DNA of 63,281 nucleotides, filler included, from Octopus bimaculoides (lineage: Eukaryota), in NCBI RefSeq assembly GCF_001194135.2. It is 4 parts of 4 records of this genome, joined end to end, with 100 filler letters (N's around TTAATTAATTAA, not from the genome) between each part and the next. Parts side by side here need not be neighbours in the genome. Positions count along the whole stretch, not along the records: positions 1 to 19,009 come from NC_068996.1; positions 19,110 to 34,833 come from NC_068992.1; 2 more parts are not named here. One strand, 5' to 3'. The notes beneath the pieces are model-generated. The model did not search any database, was not told where the DNA came from, and saw only the letters and a list, made by a program, of their open reading frames with translations. Shown here piece by piece: positions 12,326 to 24,149 of this stretch. The first letter of the stretch is position 1, and each line of letters starts with the position of its first letter. A program made the position numbers and the translations under genes.

Positions 12326-13711
12326 ATACACATATTCACCACACACCGAATTTAGAAATAGGAGTTAAAAATTCCTTTTCTATTACTGTAAGAATCTCCA
12401 CGACAGTAACACACTTTTAACGGCGGTGCATCAGCATGGCCGCAGCTCTGAACTGAAACTGTAATAAAAAAAAATATACATATATATATACAGACATATA
12501 TATACATACATACATAAATACATATATATATATATATACATACACACACACACATATATATATATACATACACACACACACATATATATATATACATACA
12601 TAAATATATATATATATATATATACATTATATATATATATATACATTTATATATATACATACATCATCATCATCATCATTTAACGTCCGCTTTCCATGNN
12701 NNNNNNNNNNNNNNNNNNNNNNNNNNNNNNNNNNNNNNNNNNNNNNNNNNNNNNNNNNNNNNNNNNNNNNNNNNNNNNNNNNNNNNNNNNNNNNNNNNAT
12801 ATATATGTGTGTGTGTGTGTGTGTGCGTGTGTGTGTATGTATATATATGCCTGAGTATGTATATGTGTCTATGTATTTGTATTCATGTGTGTGTGTGTGT
12901 TTCCTTGCCTTTATGTTGTGTGACAGTTGTAAGACGAGTGTCACCATCAAACAAGTGACGTCATTCATTTCCGATCTTCCAGGCATGGAAACATGTCTGG
13001 CCTTGGAGAAGTATTACCATATTTGGAAAGAGGTAAGAGGTGGTGACACGAAGGGGATCCAACTATTGAAAATTCAATATCAAAGCATGGTAAAGTGGAC
13101 ATTTAATGTGATGCTAATGATGAAGACAATGATGATGATGATGAAGATGATGATAATGATGATGGTGATGATGATAATGGTGGTGGCAGTGCTGCTGCTG
13201 CTGCTGCTGGTAGTGATGGTGGTGGCAATAAAATGGTGGTTCACTGTTATGTGGATTTATTGAATAGCATTTGTTTTATAAATTTAAAAGTATGACAGCT
13301 GTCAAGTTGTTGGTAGGATTGTTTTTCCACCACCACCACCACCACATCCCACCATATGTCCCACATACCCCAAATATATGAAGTCTTATTTAGTAAACCG
13401 TTTCAGCTTGCTCTTCTTCTTTTTCTTTTTTTCTTTGAAATGTGTTGTAACAGTGATTTTTAACTGAATCCCTGAATATGTAGACAGACATCACAAGCAA
13501 ACCACCATTGTTCCACATGATTGATCTATTAATCAACCAATCAATATGATGCAATGGCATCAACAGATGGCGTAGATAGATGACACACATGTAGTACAAT
13601 TGTTTCCAGTTATGTTGGGCAAGTTGTATATTAACATACCAATAGCTTGCTATAATCTCCAAGCAGCATCTATCTTCCAGTATGTAATCATCACTTTTAT
13701 TATCGATAAAA

Positions 13712-14161
13712 TTCGACGACTGGCACCCATGTCAATGTCATCTCCTTCAATGGACACATAACTCGGCTTGCGAAGACCTGTTGGGGCAAGCGAAAGCAAA
13801 ATCGTGATGGCACCTGTGCCCAGCGTCGCCTTCTTGGCACTTGTGCCAGTGGCACATGTAAAGACATTCAAGCGAGATCGTTGCCAGTGCCGATAGACTG
13901 GCTCCTGTGCAGGTGGCATGTAAAATACACCATTTTAAGCGTGGCTGTTGCCAGTACTGCCTAACTGGCCTTCGTGCCTGTGGCACATAAAAGCACCCAC
14001 TACACTCTCGGAGTGGTTGACGTTAGGAAGGGCATCCAGCTGTAGAAACTCTGCCAAATCAGATTGGAGCGTGGTGTAGCCATCTGGTTCACCAGTCCTC
14101 AGTCAAATTGTCCAACCCATGCTAGCATGGAAAGCGGACGTTAAACGATGATGATGATGAT
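13712..14161 (+). mobile_element. Young RTE 3' UTR insertion with probable TSD
   Basis: Reverse complement of the 33239-34200 3' UTR. Ends in (GAT)n and is flanked by GATAAAA at 13705-13711 and 14159-14165. Confidence 0.85.
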
Positions 14162-14412
14162 AAAAGGTCAATGCAGTTTGTCTTTATATGTGATAAAAAA
14201 ATCTTGTATTAAATGTTCATTGGTATTGTTTAGTTACTTTTACAGGCAGCCCAAGAGACATATTTTCATTCATCAACTCAACCAACTACAACAATATCCA
14301 CACAACAGTATAATAATGTATAAAGGATCACATTCACTACTTTATTTATGTATTTTTTCTTTATATAGTAGTGTGAACTTTTATAAAGATTAGATGGCCT
14401 CTTCCACTGGGT

Positions 14413-14634
14413 TTAACTCTTTAGCATTCAGATCTGTCAAATATAGTGCTTAATTATTCATACTGTCATTAATTAATCATGCATTATTTTGTAGCTTCAA
14501 GATTTTAATGGTGTGTTTGTATATTTTTAGAATGCCTTCGTATGGTACGTGTGAGAGGTTGGATGTGGTCAATTTTAACATAAAACACAGAATATTAGGG
14601 CCGGTTATAGCCATTTTAAGTGCTAAAGGGTTGA
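14413..14634. mobile_element. piggyBac-type MITE (TTAA-CxCTTTAGCA termini)
   Basis: Left end TTAA ctctttagca, right end tgctaaaggg TTGA; second copy at 35448-35664. Confidence 0.6.
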
Positions 14635-14968
14635 ATCTCATCCATTTTTCCCCAAAACCCTCTCATTCTAGTCTTGCAGGTTCACCATTCAAAATGAGAA
14701 ATTACTTCATTCAGTCACTACTTTAAACCAAATAAGGCCATGAATGTAGCAATATCTCCATCCATTTTCTTTTCAGAGCCAGAAACTTGTTCAACTACCA
14801 AACAATTTTTTACAGAGGTAAAATGAGACCCACATGCTAAAAGATTTGCTTCCCACCCACATAGTTTCAGGTTCAGTCCCCCTGTGTGGAACCTTGGGTT
14901 AGTGCCTTCAACTATAGCTTTAAGCTTCTGAGGGGATTTGGCAGATGCAAACTGAAAGAAGCCCACCA

Positions 14969-15015
<47 letters not shown>

Positions 15016-16240
15016 NNNNNNNNNNNNNNNNNNNNNNNNNNNNNNNNNNNNNNNNNNNNNNNNNNNNNNNNNNNNNNNNNNNNNNNNNNNNNNNNNNNNN
15101 NNNNNNNNNNNNNNNNNNNNNNNNNNNNNNNNNNNNNNNNNNNNNNNNNNNNNNNNNNNNNNNNNNNNNNNNNNNNNNNNNNNNNNNNNNNNNNNNNNNN
15201 NNNNNNNNNNNNNNNNNNNNNNNNNNNNNNNNNNNNNNNNNNNNNNNNNNNNNNNNNNNNNNNNNNNNNNNNNNNNNNNNNNNNNNNNNNNNNNNNNNNN
15301 NNNNNNNNNNNNNNNNNNNNNNNNNNNNNNNNNNNNNNNNNNNNNNNNNNNNNNNNNNNNNNNNNNNNNNNNNNNNNNNNNNNNNNNNNNNNNNNNNNNN
15401 NNNNNNNNNNNNNNNNNNNNNNNNNNNNNNNNNNNNNNNNNNNNNNNNNNNNNNNNNNNNNNNNNNNNNNNNNNNNNNNNNNNNNNNNNNNNNNNNNNNN
15501 NNNNNNNNNNNNNNNNNNNNNNNNNNNNNNNNNNNNNNNNNNNNNNNNNNNNNNNNNNNNNNNNNNNNNNNNNNNNNNNNNNNNNNNNNNNNNNNNNNNN
15601 NNNNNNNNNNNNNNNNNNNNNNNNNNNNNNNNNNNNNNNNNNNNNNNNNNNNNNNNNNNNNNNNNNNNNNNNNNNNNNNNNNNNNNNNNNNNNNNNNNNN
15701 NNNNNNNNNNNNNNNNNNNNNNNNNNNNNNNNNNNNNNNNNNNNNNNNNNNNNNNNNNNNNNNNNNNNNNNNNNNNNNNNNNNNNNNNNNNNNNNNNNNN
15801 NNNNNNNNNNNNNNNNNNNNNNNNNNNNNNNNNNNNNNNNNNNNNNNNNNNNNNNNNNNNNNNNNNNNNNNNNNNNNNNNNNNNNNNNGTGTGCTCTTCC
15901 GATCTACTAAGCTAAACTATTCCCCATTGCCACTGTTGCCATTGCCACCATCACTGCCACCCCACCATCACTGCCACCCCACCATCACTGCCACCCCACC
16001 ATCACTGCCACCCCACCACCACCATCACTGTCACCACCACCACCACCAGCAGTTAACTTAACTAGGCAACGACAATCATATCAGTCTCACCCTATTAGTG
16101 AGACCTGAAAAAGCTATGGGTTATTTCCCCTCAGCTCCTCACTAACACTCAAACAAAAATTGTTCCCCTTTATATAAAATGACTGATGGTCCTTTATTCT
16201 CAAGTATAGCACAGATTAGGGGTAACATTTTTTGTCATAC

Positions 16241-16310
16241 TTCGATAATTAGCTGATCCACACAATTATTTCGATGCTGCTCTTTGTGCCTGAGGTAACA
16301 AGTTGGTTCA
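16241..16310 (-). CDS. Candidate internal exon of unknown gene (EPTCYLRHKEQHRNNCVDQLIIE)
   Basis: Acceptor ctaactttttatag|, donor |gtatga; 70 bp, open only in phase 2 to 0. Confidence 0.35.
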
Positions 16311-16389
16311 CTATAAAAAGTTAGAATTCTCAAAATGAGCTCTGTTATCTTGTATATGCAAAGCTTGAAAATTTGTGAACATGATTCAT

Positions 16390-16835
16390 ACATAAAATCA
16401 ACAACAGGTAATTTGGGGAAGTGTCTTCTACCATATAGCCCTAGGTCAACCAAAGCACACAGCATGACACCTTGGGCAACCAAAGCCTCTGCTAATCAAA
16501 GCTTTGTGAGTGAATTTAACAGACAAATCTGAAAGACACTTGTTGTATATACATGTGTGTGTATGTGTGTATGTGTGCTCATGGGTATGTTTGTATGTTC
16601 ATTGTCTTGACACCGTGTGATGGTTGTAGACAAACAGCAGCATCTTATACAAGTGTTGACACATGTTTCCAATCTGCCATAACAAATATGTCTGGCTGTG
16701 GGGAAATATTATTCTGCTTGGAAACAGGTGAGGGCTGGTGACAGAATGGGGCATCTGGCTGTAGAAAATCTGCCTTGACAAATTTTGTCTGACCCATGCA
16801 AAGATGGAAAAATAGGTGCTAAAACAAAACAAACA
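16390..16835 (+). mobile_element. SINE with family-B body, internal microsatellite and RTE-type 3' tail
   Basis: ggggaagtgtcttctacc...aaccaaagc..., then (GT/AT)n, then gggcatctggctgtagaaaatctgcc...gacccatgcaaagatggaaaa, resembling the RTE tail. Confidence 0.55.
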
Positions 16836-17615
16836 AGTGTGATTAGCAGGTATTTAACTCACAATTGTAAAGTCATGGGTTCAATTTAGACTGAACTTCA
16901 CATCATGTCCTTGAGCAAGACACTTCATTTCAGTACTTCAGTCCACTCATCTAAAAATGAGTTCCAGCAGCAGCTTGGATTAACCTTTTGACAAACTTGT
17001 GTCCCCCTTGATGAGGGAGTCTTAGACTTCTGGACACTTAAATGTTTTGAAAACCAAGGTAACCCCCTGACCTAATGAACGTGTAAACTTACAAAAAACA
17101 CACATTAGATATTGCAAGCCAAGTTCACAAATTTCAGTGCTTTTCATGTGGAAGCCAGCAGGGTCATTCTGAACCACTTTCATTTTTGTTTCATAGAAAA
17201 TAAACACACTGTTTCAAACATTCATAAAAGAACATCAGAGAATGAGTTAAATACCACAATATGAAACAAGGGAATAGAATATTGATGTTTTAATTAAACG
17301 TTTAGAGGTCATTGTGTATATTGTTGAGTGTATATATATTGACTGATTCAGTCATGTGATGAACTGTTATTAACTCATGACATTATGTAATAACAACCAC
17401 CATCACCCCCTTCCATCTCTCCCTCATAAGTAACACACCTTCTAATCACTCACCAAACAGATAATACAGTGACAAATAGGTCATGACATTAGTGACATCT
17501 GTCAGACAATGTACTTTGGAGTAAAGAATAAAAAGTTTTGAATGGTACAACAATGCACTATAATACAAAAAAATGGACTATATACCTGCTGTAATTTAGT
17601 TATCCATAGTCCAAC

Positions 17616-17644
17616 GATATTTCAGAATGCAGTTCTTTCTTCAG
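17616..17644 (-). ncRNA. Minimal hammerhead ribozyme-like core (left arm)
   Basis: CUGAAGA-A-AGAA-cugca-UUCU-GAAA-UA-UC: intact core, 4-bp stem II and palindromic stem III (AUAU); stem I is weak. Confidence 0.5.
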
Positions 17645-17683
17645 ATATTCTTAGATTATAGCAGCGACTCCATCTAAGAATAT

Positions 17684-17712
17684 CTGAAGAAGGAATTGTA
17701 TTCCGAAGTATC
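17684..17712 (+). ncRNA. Minimal hammerhead ribozyme-like core (right arm, GAAA mutated to GAAG)
   Basis: CUGAAGA-A-GGAA-uugua-UUCC-GAAG-UA-UC. Confidence 0.4.
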
Positions 17713-17929
17713 ATCAGACAATGGATAACTAAATTACAACAGGTATATAGTCCATTTTTTTGTATTATAGTGCATTGTTGTACCATTCAAAACTTTTAAT
17801 TCTTTACAAACAATACACAAAGCTTCAAGCGAACTACAATACTTTCATACTTTGGAGTATTTTGTTCCAGTTCTAAAATCTCACCAATGTCAAGTGTGGC
17901 AGCAGAGACAGTGGTGGAGACAGCAACAG

Positions 17930-18164
17930 AGACAGCAGCAGTGGCAGCAGCAGCAGTGACAGTGGTGGTGGTGAAGATATAAGTGGTAATGATGATGATG
18001 ATGACGATGAAAATGACAATCATGGTCGTCATTATCAGTACCACCACCATCATTGTCACCATCAATATCATCATCATCATCATCACCACCATCACCACTA
18101 CCACCACCATCATTGCCATCATCATCATCATCATCATCATCATCATTGCCATTATTTTCATCAA

Positions 18165-18195
<31 letters not shown>

Positions 18196-18265
18196 GCCAT
18201 TATTTTCATCATCACCATTAACATCATCGATCTCTCTATCATCATCCCCTTCATTATGATGGTGA
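17930..18265. repeat. (CAT)n/(CAC)n compound microsatellite
   Basis: Direct reading of the sequence. Confidence 0.9.
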
Positions 18266-18972
18266 TAGCCCTGACTAGCAGATCCATGGCAAAAGGCATT
18301 CAAGCTAAGACTATCCTCGATTTCTTTTTTCATTTTTTTTTTTTCACATATTGCTTCTAGATCAATATAAGCCAATATGTCCTTCCTTCCTCAAGAGATA
18401 TTTGGCTGCTATTCCTAGCCAGTGCTGTTAAAAGAGAAGTAGTTATCCACAAACCAACAGCAAAGCATTTGAAAATGTCTGCCAGAATATTTCCCAATGA
18501 AACTAATTCCACCCCCAGAGCATCATCCAACATTAACACAAACACTCAGCATCAACAGAAGCTTCTTGTCAAACCACATTATCAAAGCATTTACCATTAT
18601 TTGGAACTATTTTACCTGTTTTCTGCAAAAGTCTGACATGAGACATGTACGTCTAGGTTACATAATGATAATTAGATTGTGTTAAAGGTTAATGAGAAGT
18701 GAAAAGTTGTGGGCAAAAAAACAGGTAATGAAACTAGAATGAAAAGACAACATAAATCAAATACAGTTCTGTCTGTTTTTATAGTTTCATAACATGCTTT
18801 TTTTTTTGTTTTCTTTTTTCATGCAGCTTTCATATTTTCATATTTTGCTATGTATAAATAAACTAAGACAATTTATCCCCAATTAAAATTTTGACTGCTT
18901 TAGTTACATTTTGGGAAACATTTACTTTCTTTCTTTCACTTTTATATGCATACTTATATATATATATATACA

Positions 18973-19009
<37 letters not shown>

Positions 19010-19053
19010 NNNNNNNNNNNNNNNNNNNNNNNNNNNNNNNNNNNNNNNNNNNN

Positions 19054-19065
19054 TTAATTAATTAA
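19054..19065. other. Artificial scaffold-join linker TTAATTAATTAA inside an N run
   Basis: Identical 12-mer isolated in N runs at 19054, 34878 and 61194; it gives stops in all six frames. Confidence 0.9.
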
Positions 19066-19109
19066 NNNNNNNNNNNNNNNNNNNNNNNNNNNNNNNNNNN
19101 NNNNNNNNN

Positions 19110-19411
19110 TTTCGAGCGAGATCGTTGCCAGTGCCCCTGGACTGGCTTGTGCGGGTGGCACATAAAAGACACCATTTCAAGCGTGGCTGTTGCCAGTATC
19201 GCCTGACTGGCCTTCGTGCAGGTGACACGTAAAAGCACCTACTACACTCTCCGAGTGGTTGGCGTTAGGAAGGGCATCCAGCTGTAGAAACTCTGCCAAA
19301 TTTAGATTGGAGCCTGGTGTTGCCATCCGGTTTCACCAGTCCTCAGTCAAGTCGTCCAACCCATGCTAGCATGGAAAGCGGACATTAAACGATGTTGATG
19401 ATGATGATGAT
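19110..19411 (+). mobile_element. Young RTE 3' UTR/tail copy
   Basis: ggcgttaggaagggcatccagctgtagaaactctgcc...catgctagcatggaaagcggacattaaacgatg(GAT)n. Confidence 0.85.
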
Positions 19412-20461
19412 TTACACACATACTCATACATGCATGCATGTACCCACTCATACACACACATATACTCACATAACACATACACACACATACATACGTATGC
19501 TAAAATATACATACATCTTGTAGCTGGCTGGATGTGGTGTGCCATATCAATTCGATATGATGTAACCCAATACTAAATGTAGCGTATAGATGTAACGCTT
19601 CCAGGTTCTTGCATTGGAGTAACCAGTGAACATCAAAGAATTAACACCAAGAAGGAAGAAATGTTATTTACATATATTTATTCCTTTACCACACAGGTTG
19701 TTAAAGAGACAGTAGCAATTCTAGTGATAGTGACGACAAGGATGACTTGCTGGTTAGTAGTTGATATGATTTGTCTGTCAGTAGAGAGTGAAAGACTAAG
19801 GTAGTCATAGTGCTGACTAGAAAGGAAGAAAGGATAAAGGCAGCATTGTCTTTCTTACAGCCGAAAGCCTCTCTTAGCATGCTGAGCGAAGGGTGAATGG
19901 AAGTGCTGCTCTTGGTTAAGGCTAACGTAAAACATAATTTCTGTAATTCATTGTGGTAGCACACGTTTCTCTTTGAGAATGTTTTCTGACACACGGTTTT
20001 TGTTTTATTATTACTTATATTTCACCGCTTCATCGTTTAATGGGAGAGAAATACTGAAGAAATATTGGTGATTGAAATGAGATTTAAACGTTGCAGTGAA
20101 ACCAAATTTTTTTTCTTTGTGTGTGTGTGTGTATGTGCATATGTTCTTGAATGGCATACAAACATCTACACTGCAATTGTTTTTGTTAATCCATTATGTA
20201 GAAGACAAAATCAAAAAAATTTTGTGTGCTAATTTTTGTTTTCATCTTTGTTTATAGCATAGATAATTTTTTTGTCTGAAATGCCACCTCCGGCCTCCAA
20301 GATACATTGGTTGGCCCAAGGTAATAGTTGAAAACACTTACTGGCAAACAGGGGTGGAGGACCAGGAGAATTCACACGATCCGATTTTTTCCCTAAAGAA
20401 AATGGATATTCTTCCCAACCACAAGGTTCTGGGTACAGTCTCACTGCACGGCACCTTGGGC

Positions 20462-20995
20462 AAACACTAGAGTTTAAAGGTAATGTTGTTGTAGACCTAT
20501 TGCACAATTTTTTTTTTGCTGGGGTCAAACACTAGAGTTTAAACGTCAAGGTCTGACGATGTGAACTTTCCAAGTCCTCTCCCCCACCCCACCCCATTCG
20601 TGAGCGTGCATTTTTTTTTTTCACATTCGTTTACACCAAGTTGTTTTACACCTATTACACTAATTTTTAATTATTTTTTTGCTCAGGTCAAACATTAGAG
20701 TTTAAAGGTCATAGTCTGACGATGTGAATTTTCCAAGTCCTCTCCCCCTAACCCCCGTTTGTGAGTGCGCATCTTTTTTTCATATTCGTTTACAGTAAGT
20801 TGTTGTACACCTATTACGCTATTTTCTTTTTTGGCTGTGGTAAGACGACTCGGAACATTCATGATGTGAACTTTCTGAGTCCTTTCCCCCACCCCCCATT
20901 TGCAAGCGCACATTTTTTTCATATTCGTTTACTACATGTTATACACCTATTACACTAATTAAAAATTTTTTTGCTCGGGTCAAATACTTTCGTTT
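20462..20995. repeat. Degenerate tandem array, about 165-bp unit x3 plus a partial unit
   Basis: Recurring ggtcaaacactagagtttaaa..gacgatgtgaactttccaagtcctctccccc...catattcgtttac...tacacctattacac. Confidence 0.8.
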
Positions 20996-21039
20996 AACCC
21001 TTGGTCATTCGTCATTGCCTCTGTGAGGCCCAACACTTG

Positions 21040-21712
21040 AAAGGTGCTTTTGACATACCACTGGCATTGGCCACTTTGTCTCCGTGAGGCCCAATGCTCA
21101 AAAGGTGCTTTTTACGTGCTGCTGGCATGGGTGCCATTTATGTGACAACAGCATTGACCATGACTACAATTTGACGAGTCTTCTCAAGCACAGCATATCA
21201 CCAAAGGTCTCAGTCACTAGTCACTGTCTCTGCGAAGCCCAAAGTTTGAAGATCATGCTTCACCACTTTGTCCCATGTCTTCCTGAGTCTACCTCTACCA
21301 CAAGTTCTCTCCACCGTTAGAGATCAGCACTTCTTTACCAGCGCAGTCATCTCTCTTGCACACCACATCTGATATCGCTTATACCCAACTTTTCTCTCAA
21401 GATGCATACAGTCGAACATGCACACTGACATTGTACATCCAACGAAGCATACTTGCTTCATTTCTTTCAAGGTTACACATGTCCTTGGCTGTCATAACTC
21501 AGGTTTCACTGCCGTACAGCATAGCTGTTTGTACACAGGCATCATACAATCTGCTTTTCACTCTTGAGAGAGAGGCGCTTTGTAGCCAGCAGAAGTAGGA
21601 GCTCTCTGAACTTTGCCCAGCCCATTCTTATTCTTACAGCTACAGTCTCAGTTCATCCACCTCCGCTACTAACTTGGTTATCTAGAAAATGGAAGCTATC
21701 TACTACCTCTAG
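21040..21712 (-). mobile_element. Decayed RTE ORF2 C-terminal fragment plus 3' UTR piece
   Basis: EVVDSFHFLDNQVSSGGG..RIRMGWAKFRELLLLLATKRLSL..LREKLGISDIRCGVQERRLRW. Confidence 0.8.
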
Positions 21713-21925
21713 CTTACCCAAAACTATTGCAGAGGAAATAAACAGATATGTCCAACAAATGATTTCTATTCATAGCAGAAATACAAGCTTTTTTTACAAT
21801 AACATAATTCTCTCAGCAGTTGCTCAAACATCTCAGACAATGCTGACTCAATCATTAAGCCTTCTCTCATTATCCAAATTGTCTACTTCTCCACCTTCAT
21901 TCAGGTTTTGTACTAATTATCATAC

Positions 21926-22077
21926 CCAATACTTATTCCTCAGAATGTTAGCACTATTGAATAATTTCTTTGTCCATGCTTTTCCAGCAGTTATTGGCTT
22001 GAAGCTATTCAATAACATCAACCACATCAATCTCAATGATCTTAAAGAATTAGGAAGGGCATGAGCACAGCCCTAGC
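21926..22077 (-). CDS. Candidate exon: in-frame TAG followed by 49 open codons (GCAHALPNSLRSLRLMWLMLLNSF...RNKYW)
   Basis: Acceptor ttattgtatag| 65 nt after the previous donor; donor TGG|gtatga. It may instead be the terminal exon with a stop at 22073-22075. Confidence 0.35.
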
Positions 22078-22142
22078 CTATACAATAAACCATTAAAAAT
22101 ACTTTTAGTAAAACAAAAAAAAACAAAAAAAAGAGCAAATAC

Positions 22143-22238
22143 CTTGTAGATGTTTTATCTTTGCACAGAGTGATTCAAAAGATTCTACTGATTCAAAATA
22201 TAGCGAAGCATCTTCAGACTCATCTTTGAAAAATTTTT
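22143..22238 (-). CDS. Internal exon of uncharacterised gene (KFFKDESEDASLYFESVESFESLCAKIKHLQ)
   Basis: Acceptor tttcttctatgttcag|, donor CAAG|gtattt; 96 bp, phase 1-1, the other two frames are blocked. Confidence 0.6.
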
Positions 22239-23285
22239 CTGAACATAGAAGAAATTTCAAGAAAAATGGGGAAAAACCCTTCAAATTAATTATACAAAAT
22301 CCACAAATACAATCACAAATGTAGAAAACATTTATCTGAATTATCATCAGATTATTAAGTTAATGAAGTATTTGATTGATAAGAGGAGAAATGGCTGAGT
22401 GCAGAAGGTATCAGATGAACAAATTGTGAGTTCCACAGGTGGGACAATTCTGCTTGTTTCTGTTCATCATCATCACTGTTTAACTGGAAAAAATATCAAG
22501 TCTTCTGGGAAAGGTTAGCAGTGATAGATAAGCAGTGAACCCACAAAGGAATTAGAAAACAACTTTTAAAGATTTCTTATGAGACATGTATGACTGAATA
22601 CAACTGGCCAATCACAGGTATTGTGGTAAGTCCATGGCTAAAAAAAATCTCCAAACCACCTAGTCCACTTGCATGTGCTACACTGGGAAAGTTTGATATT
22701 AAGAGCACTAAGTGCTGTTGAACTGAAGACAATTTGAATTGCAGTCCTAAAATCAATTCCTACAACAAGAAAGTTGCTTGCAATAGACTGGTGTACTATA
22801 CAAGCTGAAATCTGACCTTCTTTTACTTAATTCTATGAAAATCAAAATTAAACCTTAGTTCAGCAAACACTAAAAGTTTAAATGTTTGTGAATTATTAGT
22901 TATAATGAAAGGTTAAGTCAACTAGGAAATAAAAATGACAATTCCAAACATACCTTTATATGAATTACTAGATTTTGTTAAAGATAGTAATAACAATGTT
23001 TTAAACACAGAAAACAGAAGCTAAGTATTTTTTAAATCTTTGTCTTATTTTCTTCTAATATAACCTGTTTTAATGTCTCTCCCATTCAGCATCCCCACCC
23101 CACACAATTTTTTTTTAATATGTTTATATGATAATATGTAGCTTAGAATATTACGAGTTCTTCTGTTTTTATGTTAGTATGTAGATTAGAACAGTATGAT
23201 TTCTTATATGTTTATATGATAATATAATAGTATGCTTTTCTATGTTTTTTATGATAATATGTGACGTATATGTTTATATGATAAT

Positions 23286-23446
23286 ATCATCATCATCATC
23301 GTTTAACGTCCGCTTTCCATGCTAGCATGGGTTGGACGATTTGACTGAGGACTGGTGAAACCGGATGGCAACACCAGGCTCCAATCTAAATTTGGCAGAG
23401 TTTCTACAGCTGGATGCCCTTCCTAACGCCAACCACTCAGAGAGTG
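23286..23446 (-). mobile_element. Young RTE 3' tail inserted into an AT-rich minisatellite (23105-23590)
   Basis: The tail interrupts the unit gataata|tgtagcttagaat; flanking units repeat on both sides. Confidence 0.85.
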
Positions 23447-23589
23447 TAGCTTAGAATAGTACGAGTTCTATGCTTTTATGTTAGTATGTGGATTAGAACA
23501 GTATGATTTCTTATATGTTTATATGAGAATATGTAGATTAGAATAGAATGATTTCTTACGTTTTTTTTTATATTATGTGGCTTAGAGTG

Positions 23590-23637
<48 letters not shown>

Positions 23638-24149
23638 AAAAGTTTAAATATTAAGGAAACATTGAAACAACAGTGTCTATCTTTGCTAACATGTCTGCCC
23701 CCCCCCACCTCTTCAATTTAAACATACATGACTTTCTTCCTTAGCTAACTGTACTCCTGTTCTGTGAATAGAGGTTTCCCCACCTCTTGTACCCATATGC
23801 TTGAGTGCATATGCCTGTCAGAGTACCATATAAGTGTATGTATGCACTTATGTGGATGTATGTGCTTGTAGGTATGTATGTATATATTTCTATCTAAGTG
23901 TATGCTTATGTGGACTGCATGTTCATATATGTATATGTATATATGTGTATGTGGGTATGTGTGTGTGTGTATATATGTGTAGATGTATGGTTTTATATAT
24001 ATGTGTGGATGTATGGTTTTATATATGTGTGTGTGTGTGTATGAATATGTAAGATTCATACCGTACTGTGTAGTGTTTGTATATGTATATATAGAGACAT
24101 ATAAGACTACTTTCATGTCCTTTTTACCCCTCTCTTTACTGGCCCTTAA

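Larger units (their letters stand above)
17521..17807. mobile_element. Fold-back element, 136-bp arms and 15-nt loop, each arm carrying a hammerhead-like core
   Basis: 17521-17656 is the reverse complement of 17672-17807 with about 11 differences, mostly transitions. Confidence 0.9.

Noticed and set aside
17890-18375. Acidic ORF LAYIDLEAICEKK...DDDD
   Set aside because: Stops immediately upstream, no usable acceptor, and mostly microsatellite.
20462-20995. CRISPR-like array
   Set aside because: Eukaryotic context; whole units are homologous, with no unique spacers and no cas genes.
22344-22485. Exon-like LNSDDDEQKQAELSHLWNSQF... after ttttttccag
   Set aside because: Runs into a stop with no credible donor, and its phase 0 does not fit the neighbouring exons.
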